DNA from: Candidatus Bilamarchaeaceae archaeon
Lineage (GTDB): Archaea > Micrarchaeota > Micrarchaeia > Anstonellales > Bilamarchaeaceae
NCBI GenBank assembly: GCA_038851325.1
Contig: JAWCKZ010000001.1
Span: forward strand, 96,001-160,000
Length of the DNA stretch: 64,000 nucleotides
Direction of reading: 5' to 3'
The notes below the pieces were generated by a model. That model worked only from the letters and a program-made list of their open reading frames with translations. It was not told the origin of the DNA and did no database searches. Shown one piece after another: positions 48,329 through 57,303 of the stretch. Position 1 is the first letter of the stretch. Each line of letters opens with the position of its first letter. Position numbers and translations under genes: made by a program.

Positions 48329-48719
48329 GAAAGTCTGCAAGAAGTTTTGCAGCTTTTCGTGGTTTGTCCACTTTTATTGCAACAATGCCTTTTTCTTTCT
48401 CGCGCGATATAAACGTCCACTCCCGAAGCGCAATCTTTTTCTCTTCTAATACTTTTTTCAGGTCCTCTATTGTCCTAAAGTAGTCTGGTAGCGTAAGCAC
48501 TACTGCGCCCCTCTCGATGACCTCAAAACCGTTTTTGGCAAGTACGCTCTTTGCTTTCTGCCCATCCCTAACTGTCAGTGATATAACTGCCTTTCCACCT
48601 GCTGCTTTTATCCCTACACCTTCCATTCGTATACCCTCTTTTCCAAGGATGTAAGAGATATCGGTAAGAAGACCTACCCTCTCATCCGCCACTACCACTA
48701 CTGATTGCATAGGAAGCAC
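48321..48719 (-). CDS. ACT-domain protein
   Basis: DERVGLLTDISYILGKEGI; tandem ACT-like. Confidence 0.7.
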   Translation of the reverse strand: MLPMQSVVVVADERVGLLTDISYILGKEGIRMEGVGIKAAGGKAVISLTVRDGQKAKSVLAKNGFEVIERGAVVLTLPDYFRTIEDLKKVLEEKKIALREWTFISREKEKGIVAIKVDKPRKAAKLLADFLI

Positions 48720-48726
48720 CCTTTAG

Positions 48727-49068
48727 TCATAAGAATCTTTTGATATCCTCCGAAACTGAGTCGAGCATTTGGAATGCCTGATAGCCATCGAGCGTCCCAA
48801 CAGAAGCACTCTTCACCTTTATCTTGTTTAGGAGAGCGACCAGCTCTATCTTCTCTTTTGTTGTCAGAATCGCACCGGAAGCAAGTGCGTACCTTAACTT
48901 GAATACTGCAGAGATCGCTTTCTTATGCGTTCTACTAAAATCATTTGCGGTGAGCATTGCGATTGTCTCGAGGTCGTTCTTCGCTTTTATAAATTCCTCT
49001 CTGCATACGGTGGCATCGCGCTCTTCCTTTCCCAAAAGCGATTTTATAACCCCAAACATCGCAACCAC
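48727..49068 (-). CDS. hypothetical protein
   Basis: 113-aa helical ORF, tandem with ACT gene. Confidence 0.55.
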   Translation of the reverse strand: MVAMFGVIKSLLGKEERDATVCREEFIKAKNDLETIAMLTANDFSRTHKKAISAVFKLRYALASGAILTTKEKIELVALLNKIKVKSASVGTLDGYQAFQMLDSVSEDIKRFL

Positions 49069-49317
49069 CCTATTTTATATTTGCAAGGTAGTTTATTTAT
49101 ATTTTTTGCTTAAAAATATGTGTAAAATCACATTTATTTTTAAATATTTTGTTTTTATAGTACATAAACGGCTCAGTTAATTGTTATAATTATAACACAT
49201 CAGTGCACAAAAAATCACTAAAAGCATGGGCGCACTGCTGGTACTGCCAGGTTTTTAAAAACCTTTTTGTTGTAATCCCAATAGGCGTGTCCCTAGCCAA
49301 CCAATGAGGGCCTTACT

Positions 49318-50406
49318 ATGGAGTTTCCAAATATATTTAAAGGAGATTATCGCTTACTTGCAGTTCCACCGTTGCTTCTACTCATTCTTGCCTTTTTTTT
49401 CATACCGCAGATAAAGCTCGGCGTAGATTTCAAGGGAGGGATTCTCGTATCCCTAAATCTTGACGAGAAGATAGATGCAGCGACGCTTAAAGAGAGGCTT
49501 GAGGCTGCAGGCCTATCAGCAGACACACGGGTATTTGACACTCCTGTAGGTTACAAAGCTGAGATTGAGCTTCCTCAGAGTGAAGCTATTCTTAAAGCAG
49601 AGAAGTTAAAAAAGGAGTTCGAGAGGCTTTTGCCAGAGGTGACTGCTCTCGAAATAGAATCGCAGAATGATGAGAACAAGAGAGCAGAGTATGAAAGAAA
49701 AATGACGGAAGCATGGGGAGTAGCGGATCAAATGTTTGCCATTGCCGGGGTTAAGCACACAAAGGATGAGATAAAGAGTGTCAACGAGGTTGACAGGCTC
49801 TTCACAGCAGCCTATAAAAAGGTTTACACGGATTATCAAGACTCGATAATAACCATTATAAAGCGAAATGTTAAGTACTCATCAATTTCCATCCAAACTG
49901 TAAGCCCAGCACTTAGCAATCATTTTATAGATACCGCAATTAATGTTGCCATAGCGTCAGCTATTCTTAGCGCGCTTTTCGTTTTTATCTTTTTCAGAGC
50001 TGCGGCACCGAGTGCAGCAGTCATCATTGGCGCAGCATGCGATGTGATCATAGCGCTAGGCGCAATGGGCCTATTTGGCATCCCGCTTACACTTCCTTCA
50101 TTTGCAGCGCTTCTTATGCTTGTAGGATTTTCCCTTGACACTGATATTCTACTAACAATGCGAATGCTCAAGAGAGCTGGTGACCCACGAGAGAAGGCTC
50201 ATGACGCAATGAAGACTGGGTTAACAATGAGCGTGATGGCAATCGTTGCTTTTGCCACTTTATTTGTGCTTGCTTATCTGACCCATTTAACAACTTATTA
50301 TGAGATATCGTCAGTGGCATTAGCAGGACTTTTCGGTGATATGTTTGCAACATGGGGAATAAACGCCGTTCTGTTGCTGATGTACATTGAGAAAAAAGGG
50401 GGCTAA
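49318..50406 (+). CDS. secF: protein translocase subunit SecF
   Basis: LGVDFKGG, LMLVGFSLDTDILLT. Confidence 0.9.
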   Translation: MEFPNIFKGDYRLLAVPPLLLLILAFFFIPQIKLGVDFKGGILVSLNLDEKIDAATLKERLEAAGLSADTRVFDTPVGYKAEIELPQSEAILKAEKLKKEFERLLPEVTALEIESQNDENKRAEYERKMTEAWGVADQMFAIAGVKHTKDEIKSVNEVDRLFTAAYKKVYTDYQDSIITIIKRNVKYSSISIQTVSPALSNHFIDTAINVAIASAILSALFVFIFFRAAAPSAAVIIGAACDVIIALGAMGLFGIPLTLPSFAALLMLVGFSLDTDILLTMRMLKRAGDPREKAHDAMKTGLTMSVMAIVAFATLFVLAYLTHLTTYYEISSVALAGLFGDMFATWGINAVLLLMYIEKKGG

Positions 50407-50407
50407 G

Positions 50408-52099
50408 ATGGAGATACCAAAAGATACGCGAACTATTATAATGACTGTGCTCTTCTTTGCGTTTGCTGGAGCGATATATCTATGGAAAAGCCTCTCCGGA
50501 ATGACCCTAATACTAGCACTCATTGTGTTCGGCGCACTCTCTTTATGGTCCAAAGAGAAGCATATAAAGATGATGGGGCTTTTTTTTCTTGTACTTCTGT
50601 CCATGCTGAACATCACGATAAATGGGATGAATTTTGGCATAGATTTCAAGGGTGGGACACGGATACCGATCCTATTGGAGCATGCAGTTGACGAAAGCAC
50701 AAAGGGGCAACTTGTGGATGCGATAAAGAAGAGAGTAAGTGTACTCGGGCTCACGGAAGTCAGAGTAAAGGCGGTAGGGAATACGCAGATAAATGTTGAG
50801 ATACCGAGTAGCGATGAAGAAAGAATAAGATTCATAGAAGAAGTGCTCTCTCGCCAAGGGGTGTATCAGGGAATAATAGACGGGAAGATCGCCATAACTG
50901 GTGATCATATATTCTCAACATCAATTCGCGCCCAAAGCGCAAATGAACTTAGTAGAAACGCTGATTGGGGGGTTTCCTTTTCCGTTGACAGAGAGGGTGC
51001 AGAGCAGTTTGCCGCTGCTGCTTACAGAAAAGGGGATTATCCTGTATACATGTACCTTGATAGACCAACGGATGCCATGCTCTTTTATACTAGGGAGGAA
51101 CTCCGCTCTGCAATACCAACTTACTCGAGTGAGCGGGAGTGCCTTCTTGCGTTGAGGAACGCCCTCAAGCTTGAGAATGGACAGGATATAGAGGTATTCA
51201 TTCTGGATGAAATAAATTTCACAAATACAACAATAGCACCAAAGAGCAATAAGACGCTTGCCATCATCTCAGAGAATACACCGCGTGAATACAAAGATGC
51301 CCTTTCACACCTAGGCTTCACACTCAAGGAGCTCCCTCCAGAAAAGATCAAGCCTACCTTTATGGAGACACGTACTGGAGAAGTAATAGTTGAAAAGATA
51401 GAGGGTATCGGACTTTTATCTGCTCCCCTTCTCTCGCCAAACCTCGCTGAAGGAATACCAAACTACAACTTTGCGATAAGCGGAAGCGTGGAGGCCACAG
51501 ATGCTGCCACAAAAGCAAAGGAGTCAAAGGCACGAACGGAGTATATACAATCTATACTAAAGGGTGGCTCTCTTCCTGTTGGGATAACGCTTGGTTCGCG
51601 AACCACCCTTCCTGCTGCGCTTGGTGAGGAGTTTCTAAAACTCAGTCTCACAGGAATAGCTGCTGCTCTTGTTGTCATATCTCTTCTTATAGGTATAAGA
51701 TATATGAACGTAAAGGCAACCCTGCCCATAGTAGCAATAAGTCTGGCTGAACTGCTCATTCTTCTCTCCATACTCGGCTCTTTCACAATAGACCTCGCAG
51801 CGATGGCTGGGATAATAGCTGCGATTGGTGTTGGTGTTGACGCACAGATAGTCATAACTGATGAACTTCTGAAAAAAGATCAACGCACAATAAATGAGAA
51901 GACAGAACATGCATTCTCGATAATAAAAACAAATGTCGTGGTGGCTATCATCTCAATGATTCCGCTCCTCTTTTCAGGCCTTGTTGAGATTATAGGATTC
52001 GCAACATCAACAATCCTCGGCTCCCTTCTCGGTTATCTTCTTTCCAGACCAGCATACGCAGTGATAGTTGAGAAAATTCTCGGTGTGAAGGAACAATAA
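50408..52099 (+). CDS. secD: protein translocase subunit SecD
   Basis: FGIDFKGG, LKGGSLPV, AGIIAAIGVGVDAQIVITDE. Confidence 0.9.
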   Translation: MEIPKDTRTIIMTVLFFAFAGAIYLWKSLSGMTLILALIVFGALSLWSKEKHIKMMGLFFLVLLSMLNITINGMNFGIDFKGGTRIPILLEHAVDESTKGQLVDAIKKRVSVLGLTEVRVKAVGNTQINVEIPSSDEERIRFIEEVLSRQGVYQGIIDGKIAITGDHIFSTSIRAQSANELSRNADWGVSFSVDREGAEQFAAAAYRKGDYPVYMYLDRPTDAMLFYTREELRSAIPTYSSERECLLALRNALKLENGQDIEVFILDEINFTNTTIAPKSNKTLAIISENTPREYKDALSHLGFTLKELPPEKIKPTFMETRTGEVIVEKIEGIGLLSAPLLSPNLAEGIPNYNFAISGSVEATDAATKAKESKARTEYIQSILKGGSLPVGITLGSRTTLPAALGEEFLKLSLTGIAAALVVISLLIGIRYMNVKATLPIVAISLAELLILLSILGSFTIDLAAMAGIIAAIGVGVDAQIVITDELLKKDQRTINEKTEHAFSIIKTNVVVAIISMIPLLFSGLVEIIGFATSTILGSLLGYLLSRPAYAVIVEKILGVKEQ

Positions 52100-52122
52100 A
52101 GGGGTTTTCCTTAAGAATTAAA

Positions 52123-52848
52123 TCAACCGTACATGCTTCCTGATTCTGTTACTGAAGGTCCTTTTTTTGATATCTTTGAGTGTATTATACTTTCCTTCAG
52201 CGCCTTGGCTTCCTTATCGAGCTCAGCTGTGTTTATCTCAACACCTATAAGCTTTGAAAGTGTTTTCAAAGCTCTGCTCGCTGCCTTAGAATCGAGATAC
52301 TCTTCTGATGATTCCACAAGAATGGTAATAACTGGAAAGTTGAACACAGAGCCCATGAATAGCAGCAGACCAGTTACACCTGTTGTTGCCCCTTCCTTTA
52401 TAGGCTTGGCAATCTTCCTGTCAGCGAGTTCCTTCGTAAGTTCCTTGCTTGATGAGATGACATAAACCTCACCCTCCTTCTCCTTGAGCGAGATCCCTCC
52501 AAGCGATATTATCTGCCGTGCATTCAAGGACCGTGCAAATGAGTATATACCGTTTGCGAGTTCATTCGAAGTAGAGATGGGTATCGACATTTCGGAAAGA
52601 ATGACAACAAGATTGTATTTCTCGGAATAATGGATACGCGCGGCTGGCATGGGAGTGTAATTATGGATCGCTGCGAGGGGGGCAAACTCATCACTCGTTA
52701 TGTAACCACCAAAGTCAAGTTTTAAAATGTCCACCAAATGAGCAACAGCAACGCTGCCGACAAGGCCTGTTCCTGGAAACCCTACGATCATGGTAGGTTT
52801 TTGGAGCCTTTTCATATTCGCTATTTTATGAAATTCAACTTTTGTCAT
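52123..52848 (-). CDS. PAC2-family proteasome assembly chaperone
   Basis: GFPGTGLVGSVA; C-terminal MYG (HbYX-like). Confidence 0.88.
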   Translation of the reverse strand: MTKVEFHKIANMKRLQKPTMIVGFPGTGLVGSVAVAHLVDILKLDFGGYITSDEFAPLAAIHNYTPMPAARIHYSEKYNLVVILSEMSIPISTSNELANGIYSFARSLNARQIISLGGISLKEKEGEVYVISSSKELTKELADRKIAKPIKEGATTGVTGLLLFMGSVFNFPVITILVESSEEYLDSKAASRALKTLSKLIGVEINTAELDKEAKALKESIIHSKISKKGPSVTESGSMYG

Positions 52849-52908
52849 AAAGCTAATTTCAAGCGCATCCTTTTTATAATTTCCTTCTCCAGATATTATA
52901 GGGTATGT

Positions 52909-53769
52909 ATGCTCTTAGAACAGATGCTATTTGAGAATGTTGGCGTGCCAGTGCCGGGCGAGCTTGTAAGACTTATAGTTGCACTTGCAGGCGTAGCGAT
53001 CGCAACTTATTACGACGTTTTCAATAGAAAGAATATTCCAGATAAATTCCTGTACGGCTTTCTTGCAGTGGCGGTGCTTTTAAATCTTGTCTTTTTTGAT
53101 GCAGACCTACTCATATTTACAATGTGTGTAGCGTTATTCTTTGCTGTTATCGGATATGTTTTCTACAGAGCGGGTCAAATAGGAGGTGCGGATGTTATAA
53201 CAATGGTATGTATAGTCCTTCTCGTACCATTTGTGCCATCCTTTGCAAGCATGCCGTTCAGGGTACCATTCATAATCCCAGTAATTATATTTGGTGGTCT
53301 TCTCTTTGCAGTTTACGCAACAGCGAAATTTGGTCTGAAGATTCTTTCAGAAGGCGGGAATCCAAGAGTAGTATATGGTCTTCTTATAATACCATATCTT
53401 ATTTTTGCGTATGTCTACGCAACATCGCCCTTATTCTCTCCTACCTACTTTGGTATAATCACAGTTCTCCTTCTAGCAACGATATTCTTTATGATGTACA
53501 AGGATGATATAAATGGTATGCTCGCTGAAGAACTCCCTGTGGAACAACTTGAACCAGAGGATGTTGTTGCATTTGAACTAATGGATGCTGAACTCGTAAA
53601 GAAACTTGATCTGAAAAGGGTGCTGACAGAAGCAGAGATAGAAAAACTTAAACAGGCAAACATTGCGAGCATATGGATTTACACCAATCTTCCGCCGTTC
53701 CTCCCATTTCTTCTTATGGGCATGCTTCTCGCTATGTTTTTCTCAAACGCACTCTTGTTTGGGTTATAG
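52909..53769 (+). CDS. A24 prepilin/preflagellin peptidase
   Basis: YYDV, IGGAD, PFLPFL. Confidence 0.8.
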   Translation: MLLEQMLFENVGVPVPGELVRLIVALAGVAIATYYDVFNRKNIPDKFLYGFLAVAVLLNLVFFDADLLIFTMCVALFFAVIGYVFYRAGQIGGADVITMVCIVLLVPFVPSFASMPFRVPFIIPVIIFGGLLFAVYATAKFGLKILSEGGNPRVVYGLLIIPYLIFAYVYATSPLFSPTYFGIITVLLLATIFFMMYKDDINGMLAEELPVEQLEPEDVVAFELMDAELVKKLDLKRVLTEAEIEKLKQANIASIWIYTNLPPFLPFLLMGMLLAMFFSNALLFGL

Positions 53770-53771
53770 TA

Positions 53772-54956
53772 ATGGATCTGATCGAGCTGCTTAACTATGC
53801 ACTTGCATTTATGGCTGTGTATGTGGTTATTTTTTACTTTCTCCTTTTATTTATTTATAAGAAACAATATGACGAGGAACCGCGAGCAATCAAGTGGACA
53901 CCAAAAGTCTCAGTTGTAATCCCTGCTTATAACGAAGAAGAGCACATAGAGAAATGCATTCAGAGTATCCTCTCTCTTGATTACCCTAAGGATAAACTTG
54001 AAGTGCTTGTCATAGACGATGGCTCAACAGATAAAACGGCTGAAATTGCAAGAAAATTCGTGAGCAATGGCGTAAAGGTTTTTAGAAAAGAAAATGGAGG
54101 AAAAGGGCGAGCACTCAATTATGGTATCCAAAGAGCTAATGGGGAATTCATTATAACGATGGATGCGGATTCCTATGTTTGCCCACACACACTACGTCAA
54201 CTTTTGCCATACTTCAAAGATAAAGAAGTAATGGCAGTAACACCTGCAATTAAAATAGAACCATCCAACTCTTTGATAAAGGAACTCCAGCGAATAGAGT
54301 ATCTCATGATAATATTTTCAAGAAAACTATTGAGTTTCATAGACGCAGTTCCTGTTACACCTGGGCCTTTCAGTATGTTCCGCGCAAAGGTGTTTAGAGA
54401 GATAGGCGGATTTGACGAAGACAATCTTGTAGAAGACCAAGAGATTGCACTCAGGATGCAAGCACACCATTACAAGATAAGAAGCTCTGTGAATGCTGAT
54501 GTTTATACCAGCCCTCCAACCACATTTTCAGAACTTCTGAGGCAGAGGGTAAGATGGCAGCGTGGCGGTGTAAGAAACTACTGGAAATACAGGTTTATGA
54601 TAAGACCAGAATATGGAGATTTCGGAATGTTTTTTATACCATTGAATTTCCTAACTCTTGCTGCCTTCTTCGTTGTTCTTGGATTAATGATAAATGCAGT
54701 CTTCTCGACCCCGTATTACATCAAATATATTTTGATAGAGAGTATAGGACTAAGTATCGATGAGCTAACAATACCTTTATTTTTCGCTGGCGCAGCATCC
54801 GTCGCCTGGCTTTTTTTGGTGATTAAATGTTTTGAGAAGGAAAGGGTGGGGCTTTTGCCTCTTGCAGTATACTACCTCTTTTACTGGTATCTTATGCTCT
54901 GGTATAACCTTATAATGGTTTACCAGGAATTAAAAGGCGAAAAGAAGGCTTGGTAG
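53772..54956 (+). CDS. GT2 glycosyltransferase (processive type)
   Basis: PAYNEE, DDGS, MDAD, VED, QRVRW. Confidence 0.92.
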   Translation: MDLIELLNYALAFMAVYVVIFYFLLLFIYKKQYDEEPRAIKWTPKVSVVIPAYNEEEHIEKCIQSILSLDYPKDKLEVLVIDDGSTDKTAEIARKFVSNGVKVFRKENGGKGRALNYGIQRANGEFIITMDADSYVCPHTLRQLLPYFKDKEVMAVTPAIKIEPSNSLIKELQRIEYLMIIFSRKLLSFIDAVPVTPGPFSMFRAKVFREIGGFDEDNLVEDQEIALRMQAHHYKIRSSVNADVYTSPPTTFSELLRQRVRWQRGGVRNYWKYRFMIRPEYGDFGMFFIPLNFLTLAAFFVVLGLMINAVFSTPYYIKYILIESIGLSIDELTIPLFFAGAASVAWLFLVIKCFEKERVGLLPLAVYYLFYWYLMLWYNLIMVYQELKGEKKAW

Positions 54957-54998
54957 GATTGCAAGGATTGCACCTGGCCTGCGAATAGTGGTGGTCTT

Positions 54999-55652
54999 TT
55001 GAAAAGGCAGATATCATTTGAGATATACCTGATTGCGTTTATAATCGCGACTGCGATATTCGCAGTCGGAATTTTTGTCGGCAAAATTCTGGATAACACG
55101 AAAATAACCTCTATCTCAAGCCAAGTCAACGGCCTTTCTCAACGCCTTATGACTTTGCAGATAATATCACTCATGGAGGAGAACAACTCTGCTTTCTGCT
55201 CGGTATACCGCTCAGAGTTTTCCTTCATAGAAAATGAAAGAGAGAAACTCGGTTATGAATTGACCTATCTTGAAGAAAAAAAAGAGGTATACGACCCAGA
55301 GACAAAAAGGATGTATTTCTTATTGGAAGCACAATCTTATCTTCTTTCGAAGAAACTTAAGGACATCTGCGCTGACGAAACAGTGCTGCTGTTATACTTC
55401 TACTCAAACGCCAACTGCTCGCGATGTGGGCAGCAAGGTGCTGAAAACTTGGCTGCTAAAGAGGAAGCCATCAAACAAAACATAAGCGTTAGGATCTACT
55501 CCTTCGATGGCGACCTTGGTAGCCCTGTTGTAGACGCATTCAAAATGCAGTATAACGTGAAAGCCTACCCAACACTCGTAATAAACGGGGTTTCCTATCC
55601 TGGCGAGATGAAGAAGGAGCAAATTCTGGAGGCAATAAAAAATGCAGATTGA
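54999..55652 (+). CDS. membrane-anchored thioredoxin-fold protein
   Basis: N-terminal TM, YFYSNANCSRC, YPTLVING. Confidence 0.7.
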   Translation: MKRQISFEIYLIAFIIATAIFAVGIFVGKILDNTKITSISSQVNGLSQRLMTLQIISLMEENNSAFCSVYRSEFSFIENEREKLGYELTYLEEKKEVYDPETKRMYFLLEAQSYLLSKKLKDICADETVLLLYFYSNANCSRCGQQGAENLAAKEEAIKQNISVRIYSFDGDLGSPVVDAFKMQYNVKAYPTLVINGVSYPGEMKKEQILEAIKNAD

Positions 55653-55890
55653 GATAACCGTTGTTCCAAATTCACCGAGATTTAAGATTGTCAAGAAAGG
55701 CGAAGATATCAAGGTTTATGTAAGAGCTCAGCCTGAGAAAAACAGAGCGAACGCAGAACTCATAAAAGAATTCGAATCTCTTTTCGGTAGACCGGTGCGA
55801 ATCGTGTCAGGAATGACGTCCAGGAGAAAAACTATAGAGATCCCGGTAAGCGAAAGCGAATTTGAGAAATGCTTATCTAAAATTTCATGA
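55642..55890 (+). CDS. DUF167/YggU family protein
   Basis: VVPNS, RANAEL, GMTSRRK. Confidence 0.85.
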   Translation: MQIEITVVPNSPRFKIVKKGEDIKVYVRAQPEKNRANAELIKEFESLFGRPVRIVSGMTSRRKTIEIPVSESEFEKCLSKIS

Positions 55891-55928
55891 ATAACCACAA
55901 CCAATTAAAATTTAATGGAGAATAAATA

Positions 55929-56738
55929 ATGTTTATGGAAACAACGGTTTCCCGCTTCAGATATAAGGGCAAGATGTACAAGGTGGAGACACCGCTAAGA
56001 AGACAGAATGTTGGAAGACTTCTCCAGCGATGGCTTTGTGATGACATTGCTATAAGAGTAAGCGCGATAGACCTGTGCGGGCCGTCCAGGGGAGAAAGAA
56101 TGATAAAGCGAGTAGATGGATACACGATAAAAGAATCAGAGAACGCAGAGGCGGAGTTCAGAACAACGCTCAGAGCGGAGGAGATAACAGATTTAACGCC
56201 GATGGCTGGTGGCCTTCTGCTGGAGGAGGGAAGTAAGCATGGCTTTGTATCAGTGCAGTTCTTTGATGGAATACCGGTTGTAAACATAAACACATCCACG
56301 TTGCAGAGAAGGGATAAAGAGAGCATCACCAAGGCTGTTCTGTTCAGTATGGGAAGGCTTCATATCGGCGATAGGAAAAATAGCATTCTTCATCGGGATG
56401 CGCACTTAGGAAATTTTATAATAATCCCTAATCCGGACGACAATGAATTGCTCACAAGAACTACCAAAAGAGCAGAGATACGAATTGTGGACCTTGAAAA
56501 GGCCCTTATCGCGCAATTTAATAAGAAATTGCTTGAACCCATGGCTTACGACCTTCTTCGTGCGATTAATCAGTTGATATGGGATGGCTTTCTTCAAAAG
56601 GATGAGGTCTTAAACTTCCTTGATTCGTATCTTGAGGGGAATACTCGCTTTGATAGAAAAGAAGTCGTTAGCATGCTAAAAGAAAGTATTCCAAAACACC
56701 CAAAACTTAAGGCAGTGCAGGAACTGAAGATGCTCTAA
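55929..56738 (+). CDS. kinase-like protein (Kdo/RIO/APH superfamily)
   Basis: LHRDAHLGN catalytic loop, IVDLEKA. Confidence 0.6.
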   Translation: MFMETTVSRFRYKGKMYKVETPLRRQNVGRLLQRWLCDDIAIRVSAIDLCGPSRGERMIKRVDGYTIKESENAEAEFRTTLRAEEITDLTPMAGGLLLEEGSKHGFVSVQFFDGIPVVNINTSTLQRRDKESITKAVLFSMGRLHIGDRKNSILHRDAHLGNFIIIPNPDDNELLTRTTKRAEIRIVDLEKALIAQFNKKLLEPMAYDLLRAINQLIWDGFLQKDEVLNFLDSYLEGNTRFDRKEVVSMLKESIPKHPKLKAVQELKML

Positions 56739-56826
56739 AACAGATAAATATAGGTTTAAAGCGTTTTCGCTCTAAATAATGAAAAAAAAAGACCAGTTAG
56801 TTTATTCTGTTTAAGATGGTGATACG

Positions 56827-57021
56827 ATGGAAAAAAAGAAACAATTAGCTAAGAATCCAGCGGAGGATTACGGAAAAAGGCAAGGGTACAAAACTAGGCT
56901 TGACGGATGCCATTGCTACCGCATCTTTGTGCAAGATCTTGAAAAAAAGATGTCTGCAACGAATGTAAGCAGATACGCAGAGGAAAGGAAAAATCCTTTT
57001 TGCAGGATGTGCCCGCTCTAG
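56827..57021 (+). CDS. small hypothetical protein with two CxxC motifs
   Basis: GGTGA RBS; CHC and CRMC. Confidence 0.4.
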   Translation: MEKKKQLAKNPAEDYGKRQGYKTRLDGCHCYRIFVQDLEKKMSATNVSRYAEERKNPFCRMCPL

Positions 57022-57303
57022 TTCCTGGCTTAGTTTTTGCTTTTTTCTTTGTAAAAGTTTAAAAAATACCACCAACAACCTCACAAGATTTTCATTTTAT
57101 TCCTTTCGACTCCAACGAACGAAGAAAATTTGAGAGTTGAGATAGCTCAGCTAAGGCAGCAGTTGGCGAGGGCGTTGAAGAGGGTATTTCAGCTGGCAAA
57201 GGAAGATGAAAAGCTGCAGGCAGCTCAGGCAATTCCTCAACGAAAATACTCCTTCGAAAATTTCTTTCGATAATATTTTATTTCTCCTCGACGATTATTA
57301 GTC

